Positions 8,468 to 18,100 of a stretch of 31,238 bases of DNA are shown here, piece after piece. Position numbers and translations under genes: made by a program. Under the pieces are notes generated by a model that saw only the letters and a list, made by a program, of their open reading frames with translations, did no database searches and was not told where the DNA came from. Within the stretch, counting starts at the first letter, position 1. Every line of letters begins with the position of its first letter. This stretch comes from a virus (lineage: Duplodnaviria > Caudoviricetes), in the IMG/VR virus record IMGVR_UViG_3300037286_000248, positions 1-31,238 of that record. One strand, written 5' to 3'.

Positions 8468-8476
8468 GGAAATCTC

Positions 8477-9487
8477 ATGTCCATGCTGAATCCCTTTTCG
8501 ACCGACGCCTTCAATATGGTCGCCCTCACGGCGGCCATCAACCGCATCCCCAACAACTACGGCCGCACGGAGCAACTCGCGCTGATGCCGGCCATGGGCG
8601 TTCGCACGCGCACCATCATCATCGAAGAGATGAGCGGCGTCCTGAACCTGCTGCCCACCCAACCGGTCGGCGCGCCTGGCACGCTCGGCACCCAGGGCAA
8701 GCGCAAGGTGCGCTCGTTTGTCATCCCGCACATCCCTCACGATGACACCGTGCTGCCGGAAGAGGTCCAGGGCATCCGGGCTTTCGGTTCCGAAACCGAG
8801 ACCGAAGCCCTGGCCGGCCTGATGGCCCAGAAACTCCAGACCATGCGCAACAAGCATGCCATCACTTTGGAGCATCTGCGCATGGGCGCGCTCAAGGGTG
8901 TCATCCTCGATGCCGACGGCTCGACGCTCTACAACCTCTACACCGAATTCGGCATCACGGCCAAGACCGTCAACTTCGCGCTGACGACCAACACGACCGA
9001 GGTTCTGACCAAAGTGCTCGAGGTAAAACGCCACATCGAAGACAACCTCAAGGGCGAGTTCATGAGCGGCATCATGTGCCTCTGCTCGGCGGGCTTCTTC
9101 GATGCGCTCACCACGCACACGAAGGTGAAAGAAGCCTACTCTCGCTGGCAGAACGGCCTGGCACTGCTGTCGGACAACCGCACCGGTTTCACTTTCGGTG
9201 GGATCACCTTCGAGGAGTATCGGGGCCAAGCGACCGATGCGGCCGGGACTGTGCGTAAATTCATCGCCGATGACGAGGCGCATTTCCTGCCTCTTGGGAC
9301 GGCCTCGACTTTCCGGACCTATTTCGCGCCGGCGGACTTCAACGAGACGGCGAACACCCTGGGCCTGCCGCTGTACGCCAAACAGGAGCCGCGCAAGTTT
9401 GGCCGCGGAACGGATCTGCACAGCCAGTCGAACCCGCTGCCGATCTGCCACCGGCCCGAGATCTTGGTCAAAGCGACGAAGGCGTAA
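8477..9487 (+). CDS. Major capsid protein, phage capsid E family
   Basis: LTAAINRIP, IPHIPHDD, TLEHLRMGALKG and HSQSNPLPICHRPE motifs; AAGGA RBS. Confidence 0.95.
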   Translation: MSMLNPFSTDAFNMVALTAAINRIPNNYGRTEQLALMPAMGVRTRTIIIEEMSGVLNLLPTQPVGAPGTLGTQGKRKVRSFVIPHIPHDDTVLPEEVQGIRAFGSETETEALAGLMAQKLQTMRNKHAITLEHLRMGALKGVILDADGSTLYNLYTEFGITAKTVNFALTTNTTEVLTKVLEVKRHIEDNLKGEFMSGIMCLCSAGFFDALTTHTKVKEAYSRWQNGLALLSDNRTGFTFGGITFEEYRGQATDAAGTVRKFIADDEAHFLPLGTASTFRTYFAPADFNETANTLGLPLYAKQEPRKFGRGTDLHSQSNPLPICHRPEILVKATKA

Positions 9488-9490
9488 CCG

Positions 9491-9790
9491 GTGTCCTGGG
9501 GCGACGCCATGGGGGCGCTGAACCGCGCGTGCCTCGCCACGTTTGGCCGGCAGATTACCTACCGGCCTGCGGCCGGCGCCCCCGTCCTCGTCACGGGCAT
9601 CGTCCAGACTGGCGCGCAACTCGAGGGTCGCGCGCCCGGCGTCTATGTGGTGCTTTTCCTGCGGGCATCCGACTTGCCCTCAGCGGCCGATGTTGGCGAT
9701 GCGGCCGAGATCGACGGCGCCGCCTACAAGGTGTTTGAGGTGGAGGCAGATGCGGGCGGCGGGGTGAAACTGGCCCTCCGAAGGGAGTAA
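9491..9790 (+). CDS. Head-tail joining protein (gpFII-like)
   Basis: 99-aa beta-rich protein after the capsid gene; GDAAEIDGAAYKV...DAGG pattern. Confidence 0.7.
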   Translation: MSWGDAMGALNRACLATFGRQITYRPAAGAPVLVTGIVQTGAQLEGRAPGVYVVLFLRASDLPSAADVGDAAEIDGAAYKVFEVEADAGGGVKLALRRE

Positions 9791-9796
9791 GGCACT

Positions 9797-10252
9797 GTGG
9801 CATCAGTCCGCGTTTGGCAAAAAAAACAACTGCGGCTGGATCGGCTCAACTTCACCCAGCGCCAAATGTTTATGCTCGGCAACGTCGGCGCCGGTGTGGT
9901 GAAGAACCGCCTCCGCGCCGCGCTCGGGCCCGAGGACACGCCGGCGAAGCCTCTGACAAAGAAGTTCGCCATCCGGAAGTCGAGGCTTGGCCTCGGCAAC
10001 CGGCGCAATCTGTCGTTCACCGGCAACATGCTCCAGAACCTGGCGGTTCGGACGGTGAGTGAGAACCGGGCCAAAGCGGGGCTTTCCACCCGCAAGGACC
10101 GGCTGAAGGCCTGGGCGAACCAGAAGATCCAGCCGTGGCTCGTCTTTTCGCCCAAGAACAAGGCTGCTGTGACTGAGGCGGCGCGGCGGATCTTCGAAGA
10201 GATGAAGAAGCGGCTGGCACTCCAGCGAAGCCTCGGCGGGAGACAGAGATGA
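9797..10252 (+). CDS. Basic neck/tail-completion protein
   Basis: Arg/Lys-rich; KPLTKKFAIRK...NLSFTGNMLQNL resembles virion morphogenesis proteins; synteny. Confidence 0.6.
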   Translation: MASVRVWQKKQLRLDRLNFTQRQMFMLGNVGAGVVKNRLRAALGPEDTPAKPLTKKFAIRKSRLGLGNRRNLSFTGNMLQNLAVRTVSENRAKAGLSTRKDRLKAWANQKIQPWLVFSPKNKAAVTEAARRIFEEMKKRLALQRSLGGRQR

Positions 10253-10722
10253 TCGATACGTCCGAACTCGTAAACAACTTGGTTGCGCTGCTGCGCGACA
10301 TCCCGGAATTGGTCGCAGAGATGGGAGACGACGCGAGCCGGATCTACGCCTATCACGACCAGTATCCGAAACGGTCAAGCCTCGCCCTGGCCATTCACCA
10401 GATGCCGGCGCCGTCGATCATGGCCGCCTGGCAGGGGACTGTGCCGGGCAGTTTCGGCGGCAACGACGTCTGGAAGCACCAGGTCACGCTGTACCTACGC
10501 TCGCGCGAGACCTTTGACGGAGACCCGCCGACCGCCTATTACAGGCTATTCCGGCTGATCACCAAGGGCGTCCCGGAGTCGGCGGGAATGCCAATGCTGA
10601 ATCTGACAATCCATCCGTCCTGCTACCCGATGGATGTGCCGTCGATCCAGCGGGCGACCGATGCCGAGGGCCTCGATTACTTTGAAGTGCAGATGTCGTT
10701 TGTGGAGGCCGGAGATGATTAA
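10249..10722 (+). CDS. Putative tail terminator protein
   Basis: ATGA-coupled, acidic 157 aa immediately before the tail tube region; synteny only. Confidence 0.55.
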   Translation: MIDTSELVNNLVALLRDIPELVAEMGDDASRIYAYHDQYPKRSSLALAIHQMPAPSIMAAWQGTVPGSFGGNDVWKHQVTLYLRSRETFDGDPPTAYYRLFRLITKGVPESAGMPMLNLTIHPSCYPMDVPSIQRATDAEGLDYFEVQMSFVEAGDD

Positions 10723-10885
10723 GCCCGCGAGAGTGTGGCTTTGTCCCCCGCATGGGCAGGGCGAGCCGGAAGAGGTAGAGGCGACGCCGGCGGTGCTCGT
10801 ACCCAAGCTGGTCGCCGGCTGGAGCCAGTGCCCGCCGCCCCCAAAGAAAGACAAGCAGGAGGTGAAACCCGATGTCGACAGCTAG
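10715..10885 (+). CDS. Small hypothetical protein, 56 aa (MIKPARVWLCPPHG...)
   Basis: GGAGG upstream; overlaps both neighbours and fills the gap. Confidence 0.55.
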   Translation: MIKPARVWLCPPHGQGEPEEVEATPAVLVPKLVAGWSQCPPPPKKDKQEVKPDVDS

Positions 10886-11912
10886 GCTCCAGGAAGTGCT
10901 CATCTGCTTCGGCAAGCAGAAGCAGACCGACATCGCGACGGCCAACACGGCCGGCCAGATGTGGCGGCTGCGCAAGCTCAACGCTCAGCTTGCCAACCCG
11001 AAGCTCAACACCGAAAACGACGCCGACGAGTACGGCAAAGGCCACGAGTTTGCCTCGCAGTCCTTCCAAACCTCCTGGGACGCGGGCAGCACCCTTGAGA
11101 AGTATCTGAGCGCCGAGATCGCTGCCTGGGCGATGGCGTTCTCGCTTGGCAAGGTCGTCAAGTCGGGCACCGCGCCGGACCTCACCTACACCTGCACGCC
11201 GCTGTTTCCGGCCAACGGCGATGCGGCCGAGTTGCCGTATTTCAGCTTCGTCGAACAGATTCGCCCCGGCGCGGGCGTCGTGCTCGACCGGATGGCCGTC
11301 GGTTGTGCGATTGAGGGCTGGACCATCTCGGTCGGCAGCGGGCCGGGCCGCGCGAACTCGAAGATCAACGTCGAATTCGTCGGCTCCGGAAAGATGACCG
11401 AGCCGTCTGCCATTGCGGTACCGGCCGCGACCTTGGAGAAATTGCTGCCTTCGGCGTCGATGGCGCTATCCATCAACGGCGTCAACTACGTTTCGAGCAA
11501 GAACATCGTCTCGCTCGAGACCTCGTGGAAGAACAACGTCCTGCTGGACGCTGGCTTCTATCCGGGCTCAGGCTTTCAGACCGCCGGTGATGCCACGAGC
11601 GGCGCCATCCGCGGGCGGATGGAATTCGGCAAACGCCAGGGAACGCTGAAGTTTGTTGCCCGATTTGAGAACGGCTCAACCGAACTGACCAAGCTCAAGA
11701 GCCAGACCACCGGCACGGCGGTCATCTCGCTCGCCTACGACGCGAGCAATTCGCTCGAACTCACCTGGCACAAGGTTTCGTTTGCCACCGCCGAGGTCGG
11801 CGAGACCGACGGTATCGTCACCGTGGCGGTCGAGTGCCTGCCCATGTATGACGCAACCAATGGAATCGTCTCCGCCGTCGCCAAGTGCGGCGTGGACAGC
11901 ATTGGCCAGTAG
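10872..11912 (+). CDS. Major tail tube protein (putative)
   Basis: 346-aa beta-rich protein with strong AGGAGG RBS, directly upstream of the frameshifted chaperone pair. Confidence 0.75.
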   Translation: MSTARLQEVLICFGKQKQTDIATANTAGQMWRLRKLNAQLANPKLNTENDADEYGKGHEFASQSFQTSWDAGSTLEKYLSAEIAAWAMAFSLGKVVKSGTAPDLTYTCTPLFPANGDAAELPYFSFVEQIRPGAGVVLDRMAVGCAIEGWTISVGSGPGRANSKINVEFVGSGKMTEPSAIAVPAATLEKLLPSASMALSINGVNYVSSKNIVSLETSWKNNVLLDAGFYPGSGFQTAGDATSGAIRGRMEFGKRQGTLKFVARFENGSTELTKLKSQTTGTAVISLAYDASNSLELTWHKVSFATAEVGETDGIVTVAVECLPMYDATNGIVSAVAKCGVDSIGQ

Positions 11913-11916
11913 AACA

Positions 11917-11940
11917 ACTTCAGGAATATTTACCTGAAGT
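11917..11940. promoter_or_regulatory. Inverted repeat after the tail tube gene
   Basis: ACTTCAGG-AATATTTA-CCTGAAGT; no U-tract follows. Confidence 0.4.
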
Positions 11941-11960
11941 CATCAGAGGAGAACTTCTTC

Positions 11961-12581
11961 ATGGAACAGACTCAGAGCGTATTTGATGCTGCGCGCCCCG
12001 TCGCGCTGAATCTCCGGACGCCCGCAGGCGTGAAGACCGTCCGCGTGCGCTTCCCGACTGACGAGGAGTGGATCGAGCGCCAGCGCCGCCGCAAGGTGAT
12101 CGTGAAACAGTTGGGGCGCGGGATCTCTGAGACCACTATCCCCAACTCCGAGGATGCCGACGCCGCCTTGCTCGTCAAGATCCGCGTGCCGGAGCCGGAT
12201 GCCCCCGAGGTGGACCCCTTCGAGGCCAGCCGCGTCATCGAGCAACTGGGCCAAGCCGACGTCGATGATGTCGTCCAGGTCGGCGACGGTTTCGAGGTGA
12301 CGCTGCGCGTCCTCGGCGGGACGGTGACCCATTCCCTGCACATGCCTTCGGCGAAAGATGTGTTCGAGTACCGCCGCGGCTTCGCCCGGGTGCTCGACTT
12401 GCCGTACAACCGGCAGGAGTTGATCATCAACCTCGCGCCGGCGGGCGCACTGTACAAGCGGTTGGTACAGGGTGCCGAGGGATACGCCGGCGAGGTGCCG
12501 ATCATCCACCAGGCCGTGGCAGTGAAGGCGGCCATCGATGCCCTGGATGCCACCTTTCAGGAGACCGTGGACCCAAACTGA
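11961..12581 (+). CDS. Tail assembly chaperone (gpG-like)
   Basis: Between tail tube and tape measure; GAGGAG RBS; ends in the slippery heptamer C CCA AAC. Confidence 0.8.
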   Translation: MEQTQSVFDAARPVALNLRTPAGVKTVRVRFPTDEEWIERQRRRKVIVKQLGRGISETTIPNSEDADAALLVKIRVPEPDAPEVDPFEASRVIEQLGQADVDDVVQVGDGFEVTLRVLGGTVTHSLHMPSAKDVFEYRRGFARVLDLPYNRQELIINLAPAGALYKRLVQGAEGYAGEVPIIHQAVAVKAAIDALDATFQETVDPN

Positions 12582-12614
12582 CCAGCGGGGAGTGGCCCGA
12601 AAAGCCCTCCCTGC
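12572..12614 (+). promoter_or_regulatory. Programmed -1 ribosomal frameshift signal
   Basis: X XXY YYZ heptamer CCCAAAC (12572-12578), 6-nt spacer, stem-loop GCGGGGAG-T-GGC/GCC-CTCCCTGC (12585-12614). Confidence 0.8.
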
Positions 12615-12907
12615 GATTCCTGATTCACTGGTCCCTGCGCCGGGATGAGTTGTGCGATCCGGGGCTCTGCCACGACGCGCCGGATGACGGCGGGCGGTGT
12701 GATCACTGCCTGCTGGACCGGCTCGACGCCGCGCAGTCGTCCGAGGTTGGAATGCTGTTGAGGCGCGCATTGGACCTCCGGACGGCGTTAAGGCTCGGCG
12801 TTCGCTTAGACTTGGGCGCGATCCGAGCCGACGAGTTTCAGGCCATGCTGATGCTGGAAGAAGTAGAGGGGCGATACGAACGCGAGCCCGAATCCCGCTC
12901 TATGTGA
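12578..12907 (+). CDS. gpT-like C-terminal extension of the chaperone, expressed as a G-T fusion
   Basis: The -1 frame is open from the heptamer through the 12650..12907 ORF, which has only a TTG start. Confidence 0.75.
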   Translation: MTSGEWPEKPSLRFLIHWSLRRDELCDPGLCHDAPDDGGRCDHCLLDRLDAAQSSEVGMLLRRALDLRTALRLGVRLDLGAIRADEFQAMLMLEEVEGRYEREPESRSM

Positions 12908-13061
12908 TTTCTGGTCCAGTCGCGTCATCAGCCCCTACCAGGCGACCCATCGTCCGGTTTGCCGACCATACGGTCAGTGGAGTAGTCGGCAGACGCAAGT
13001 GAACTTTGGCGGTGTGGATCCGGCGTGATGCCTCAGAACCGGACTTTCCTGGGTGCTTGGC

Positions 13062-14687
13062 CTAACTCGCCTTCTTCACTGTTTGCGGACCGTACAACAC
13101 GTAGTCGATTTCAGCTATCGCCTTCCTCGCTTCGGTCGCCACCATCTTCAGCTCATTGTCCCCAATGATCCGTGCGAGCGTTGCGATGTCTTCGCGGTCC
13201 GAGGCAGCTGCAATCAATTTCCGGAGCACGGAGAATATTTCATTCTTCAGATCAATCTTTCCTTCTACGATTGCGGTGATGCACGCACCAACGGAGTCTG
13301 ATTGCGTGAAGTCCGCGATAAGCTGGTCGTACTTTAACCTTAGGTCGTCAGCCGTGCATTCTCGGCGCTCGATGAGGACGTCTTTGAGGTTCTCGCGGTT
13401 CTCATCACGCGCCGTCCCACGCCTGGCTAGCGCGGCAGCGACCGTAGAGTTGTTTGGCGCCGGTTGCTTCGCGACCGTAGCATCGAGGAGCGGGAGAAAG
13501 TCTTTGAGGGACTTCAGCAATGTGTTGCTCTTTGTGGCCGCCTTCTTCAACAAGGCAGTCAGTTGACCTGTCGCATCCGCACGGAGAGATCGCGCGAGGA
13601 AAAAGCACGGCCCCTTCGTGCCACTGTAATTCAACGCCGACGCGATGAAAGGCCACAGCACATGCGCCGGCAAACCATCACTGGTCTCCTCGGCAGGCAA
13701 GCCGATGCCATCCACGCCAATGGCCGAAAAGCCGTACACCGCTGCGATGGGCGGTAGAGATAGGACGCCATGCTCGATCTCAGCGTTCGCAGTCCCAACG
13801 TAAGCGTTCCATGAATCAGAGGCGTTCTCGAACTTCTTCTTCATGCCGGCGATGTAGATGGGGAAGGCGTTTGGGTTGTCCGGGTCGATCTTAGTCGCAA
13901 TACCCGAAGCCCCCTTACCGACCTTTATGAGATCTCCTACCTTCGCACTCTCCAGCGACTTGAGGAGGATCGAAATATCGTTAGGCTTCGGGTTAACGTG
14001 TACGCGCTCCAAGGCGGACAGCCATTCCGGAGCGTCTTCGGAAAGGTCAGGTAGGACGAGAAAAATGTTCGCGAGCGCAGCACCAAATGTGCCTTTGTCC
14101 TTTCCCTTCACAGCCGCCGCGAGTTCCTGCGCGATAATCGTACGCTCTTTCGGCAAGGCAGGGACCGCAGGTGCATCTTTCAGATAGGGTTTCCATTTGG
14201 GGCTCGCCGCGAGAAGCTCGAAGTAGTGGGCGACATCTTTACCCACGCAGAACACGACGTCGGATGACGCACCTTGGCCGGCGTGCACCGCTGCTGCCCG
14301 CGAAGTGAACAGCACCTTGAACCCGGCACACGCACTATCAAGGGATTTCAAATGGTCAGCAGCAGCGCCGATTCCCTGCGTAAGCAGAGAGAGACGCGGT
14401 ATCCCTGAAGCAAGAGTCGCACGAAACTTCGCGAGCGCCTCACCCGCAGTGATGTAAAACCCGGTATCTTTACGGATGATCGCGCCTGGCCCAAGGTTTT
14501 CATATAGGCACGCGGAGATCGCAAGCTCAGCAGCAATGCCGACCAAGCCAAGCTCAATAGCGCCATCCGACTTGTCCGCTTCGTGGGAGACGCTCTTCGG
14601 TGTTGCGAGGAGTGAGAATGCCGTGGACAGCGCTCGTTGCCCAGCGCGCAGCCGCCGTGCGGTCTCGCTCTTGAGAAGACGTGGCAT
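13062..14687 (-). CDS. Accessory (moron) protein, 541 aa, with HEPN-like N-terminal domain; candidate defence RNase
   Basis: Opposite strand within the tail operon; less GC-biased codon usage; AAELAISACL helix (E54) and R130-AAAV-H135 motif; the ORF is solid, the function is inferred. Confidence 0.6.
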   Translation of the reverse strand: MPRLLKSETARRLRAGQRALSTAFSLLATPKSVSHEADKSDGAIELGLVGIAAELAISACLYENLGPGAIIRKDTGFYITAGEALAKFRATLASGIPRLSLLTQGIGAAADHLKSLDSACAGFKVLFTSRAAAVHAGQGASSDVVFCVGKDVAHYFELLAASPKWKPYLKDAPAVPALPKERTIIAQELAAAVKGKDKGTFGAALANIFLVLPDLSEDAPEWLSALERVHVNPKPNDISILLKSLESAKVGDLIKVGKGASGIATKIDPDNPNAFPIYIAGMKKKFENASDSWNAYVGTANAEIEHGVLSLPPIAAVYGFSAIGVDGIGLPAEETSDGLPAHVLWPFIASALNYSGTKGPCFFLARSLRADATGQLTALLKKAATKSNTLLKSLKDFLPLLDATVAKQPAPNNSTVAAALARRGTARDENRENLKDVLIERRECTADDLRLKYDQLIADFTQSDSVGACITAIVEGKIDLKNEIFSVLRKLIAAASDREDIATLARIIGDNELKMVATEARKAIAEIDYVLYGPQTVKKAS

Positions 14688-14736
14688 TTGTCACTTCTCA
14701 GTCTACGACTCCGTCGCCCTTTTGGGGAACCTGCCG

Positions 14737-14757
14737 CATTTGCAGATATCGCAAATG
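14737..14757. promoter_or_regulatory. Palindrome about 50 nt upstream of the HEPN-like gene, operator-like
   Basis: CATTTGC-AGATATC-GCAAATG, overlapping a TACATT -10-like hexamer on the minus strand. Confidence 0.4.
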
Positions 14758-15143
14758 TAATGTTTGGGCGACAGATTTGTACTCGCTAGACACACTCGAC
14801 TGTTTGTGAACCTCATGGATGACATCGCGGCCACATTTTCCAAGTTCGCCGAGATGGCGTTCTGGAAATAGGGACCGATCAGTCGGCTTCTGTTCGGCGC
14901 CCCATCTGGAATTACGAGCAATCCGGAAGTAGCGCAGTCGTGCATGTCTATTGATGACGCTGGATGCTCCTAGGGCGGTGATGTTGCCCAGGAGGCCTAG
15001 TATTGAGGTCGATCGCGCAGCCCGTGCTGTTTGTCCGGGCAACCATGCCGACTATTGAGAATTCGCCCTTCTGAGCAAAGACGGATACCACTGATTCCTT
15101 TCGTATCGAGCGGGCGTGCTCAGAAGTCCGCAACCCTACCGCT

Positions 15144-18100
15144 ATGCCCGCCGACAACAAACTCGAACTCGTCGTCGAAGTCGACGTCAACCGCGCCAAC
15201 GCCTCGATCAAGAGCGTCAACGCCGGGCTGTCGTCGATGGAAGCCACGGCAGTGAAAGCTGCGCGCGAAGCCTCTTCCGGCATCGATGGGCTGACCGTGT
15301 CGGTGGCCAAGGGTGCCGCGGCGGCAGGTGTCCTGGCCTCGGCGTTCGAGAGGGTTGTGGGCTGGGTGAAGTCCCAGATCGAGGAGACCAGCCGCCTGGC
15401 GGCACGCAACGAAACGCTGGCTGTCGTCAACGCGCAACTCGCCCGCGCCAATGGCTACAACGAAGGCTCGATCGAGCGGCTGGTCAACCGGATCAAGGAT
15501 CTGGGCATCACCACGCAGGCCTCGCGCGACATCGTCAACAAGATGATCGCAGCGCAGCTGGATCTGTCGAAGGCGACAGATCTCGCGCGGCTGGCCCAGG
15601 ATGCAGCCGTCGTCGCCGGCCAGGATTCCTCTGCCGCCCTGCAGGGCATCATGAGCGGCATCACCACGCAGCAGATCGAAGTGCTGCGCACCTACGGCAT
15701 CAACATCCAGTTCGAGCGGGCGTTCACCGAGGCACGCCGGCGGCTCGGCCGGGATCTGACCGAAATCGAGCGCCGAAATACCGCACTCAACGTTGTGCTG
15801 GCCGAGGGGCCCAAGATCGCCGGAGCGTATGAGGCTTCTCTCGGCACCGTTGGTAAGCAGATGGGCTCGTTGAGCCGGTATGTCGAAGAGGCGAAGGCGG
15901 CGATCGGCGCGGAGTTCCTGCCCGAGATGCGGCGGATGATCGAGGGCCTTACGGATCTCGCCAAATGGGTCAACCGCAATTCCGACGCCCTCGGGCTGTT
16001 TGCGAAGGCCATTGCGGCGGCGGCGATTGGTGCGGCCGTGGCGCAGTTTATCGGCTGGATTGCAGGGGCGAAGCGTGCCGTGGATGCGCTCACCCTGGCC
16101 ATGACCCGGAATCCGTTCACGGCGATCGCGATCGGCGCGACTGTGGCCGGCACCGCGATCTACGAGATGAACCAGCGCACCCTCGAGGCCAACGAGGAGT
16201 TCGTTGCCATGCAGCGAGCCGCGGACGACCTGAAGCGCATCAACGAGGCCATCAACGCCGGCAAGTCCATCGAGGATCTCAAGAAGATGGGCTTCTCGCT
16301 CGAACAGGTGCGTGCAGCGATGTTCGGCGGCAAGCAGGGGGCGAAGGAGTTCTTCGACGCCTTCGACAACGACGAGTTCCGGAAGCGGATGAGCGACCTA
16401 AACCGGGTCGGTATCGATGCCGAAGAAGCCAGGAAACGCAAGGCAGAGGCCGAAGCGCTGGCGAAGGATATCGCCAAACATCAGATCCAGGCTGAGCGTG
16501 AATCCGCGCAAGCTGTCACCGATGCCCGGCGTGGGAATCTGACCGGCTTCGCCCGCGAAATGGCCCAGGTGGGCGATCAGGCGAAGAAATGGGCGACGTT
16601 CACCGACGACAAAGGCGTCGACCACCAGACGGGGCTCACCAAACGCGCCTGGCAGAACGTGATCGCAGAGCTTTCGCTGCGCTGGGCGGCGTTCCGGGAA
16701 AAGTTCCAGCGCGACACCCGCGCGCAACTGGCCGAGCACGTTCAAGCCGAGCAGGAGGCCGCCCAGCGGCGGCTGGCAATCGAGGCCTCGCTTCACCAGA
16801 AGCGGCTTGAATACAACGAAGACATCGCGCGCCGGAACCTCGATCACCTGGACCGCGCGATGGGGATTGAAGAACAGCGCTCGACGCTCGCGCGCGACGC
16901 CCGGCTTCGTGCGCTTGAGACTGTCGACGCTCAGACCATCGAGCAAAAGGCGGCGGTCGAGGCGCAGCGGGCTCAAATTGAGATCGATCATATCGAGCGG
17001 GTCCACGGGATCCGGATGCGGATGTTTGAGCTTGAAACCTCCACGATGATGATCGAGGAGGAAGCCGCGATGGCGAGGCTCGGCTACCGGGCCGACGAGA
17101 TCCGTGCACGGATCGCGGAGTTGAGCACCCAGCGGGACGAGATCAAGCGGGCGAACCAGGAAGAAACCTCGGCGGCGATCGACGCCGCGCGCCAGAACGC
17201 CGCCAGCCGAACCGCCGAGATGGTGCGCGACCAGAACCGTCAGGTCTTTGATTCGTTCAAGCGCCAGGCCGAGGGTGTCTTTGATGCCCTACTGACGAAA
17301 TCGCAGTCGGTTTGGTCGGCGATTGGAAATTCACTCAAAACGGCCCTGCTCACCGCCATCAAGGATGTCGTCACCTCGCGTGTGGCGGCGATGCTGATGC
17401 AGATGTTTACGGGCACGTCCGTCTCCTTGCGTCCGGCAACCTCCGGCGGCGCGGGGATGCTGGGCGGCCTGGGCGGCTTGCTCGGCATCGGCGCGGCGCC
17501 TGTCTTCGGCGGGGGCGCCGGTGCGGCGGGGACTCCGCCGTTCCTGCCGGCCAGCGTTTCCATGCTGAATCCGGCGGCACAGGCGTCTGCAGGAGCGATG
17601 GCCTCGCGTGGGATGGGCAGCCTGGCAGGTCTGAAGGAGTTCCTTGGATTCGGCGGGGGTGTTCAGTACGCGCCCGGCGCCGCGACGACCTGGCAGGCGG
17701 CCAGCATGACCCAGAAACTCTCGGCGCTGGGCCGCTCGAATGCAGCGTTGCTCGGCGGCGGGATGCTCGCGATGGATGGCCTGCGGCGTGGAGGCTGGAC
17801 AGGGTTAGCTGAAACTACAGCCGGTGGCGCGCTGATCGGCTTTAAATACGGAGGCCCGCTGGGCGCGGCCATCGGCGCCGCCGCAGGTGCGGCCGCCGGT
17901 ATCGTACGGCTGTTCATGAAGGGTTCGGATCAGAAGGCGATCGACAAGATTCGCGACATCTATAAGGTGACGGTCGACAAGGGCTTCGCCCGGTCGGTGG
18001 TCGAGATGGCGAAGTCGAGCTTCGGCGGCAATCTCGAGGCCGCCGTCCGGTCGGCGCAGGTGCGCGACATGGTGTTTGAATACGCCATGGCGACGGGACA

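Noticed and set aside
8111-9619. 502-aa antisense ORF over the decoration and capsid genes
   Set aside because: Shadow frame typical of high-GC coding DNA; Arg-rich, no motifs
14698-15042. 114-aa minus-strand ORF ending 10 nt before the HEPN-like gene (possible antitoxin partner)
   Set aside because: TTG start, no clear RBS, no MNT/HTH motif, and it overlaps the likely promoter; not excluded, but unsupported
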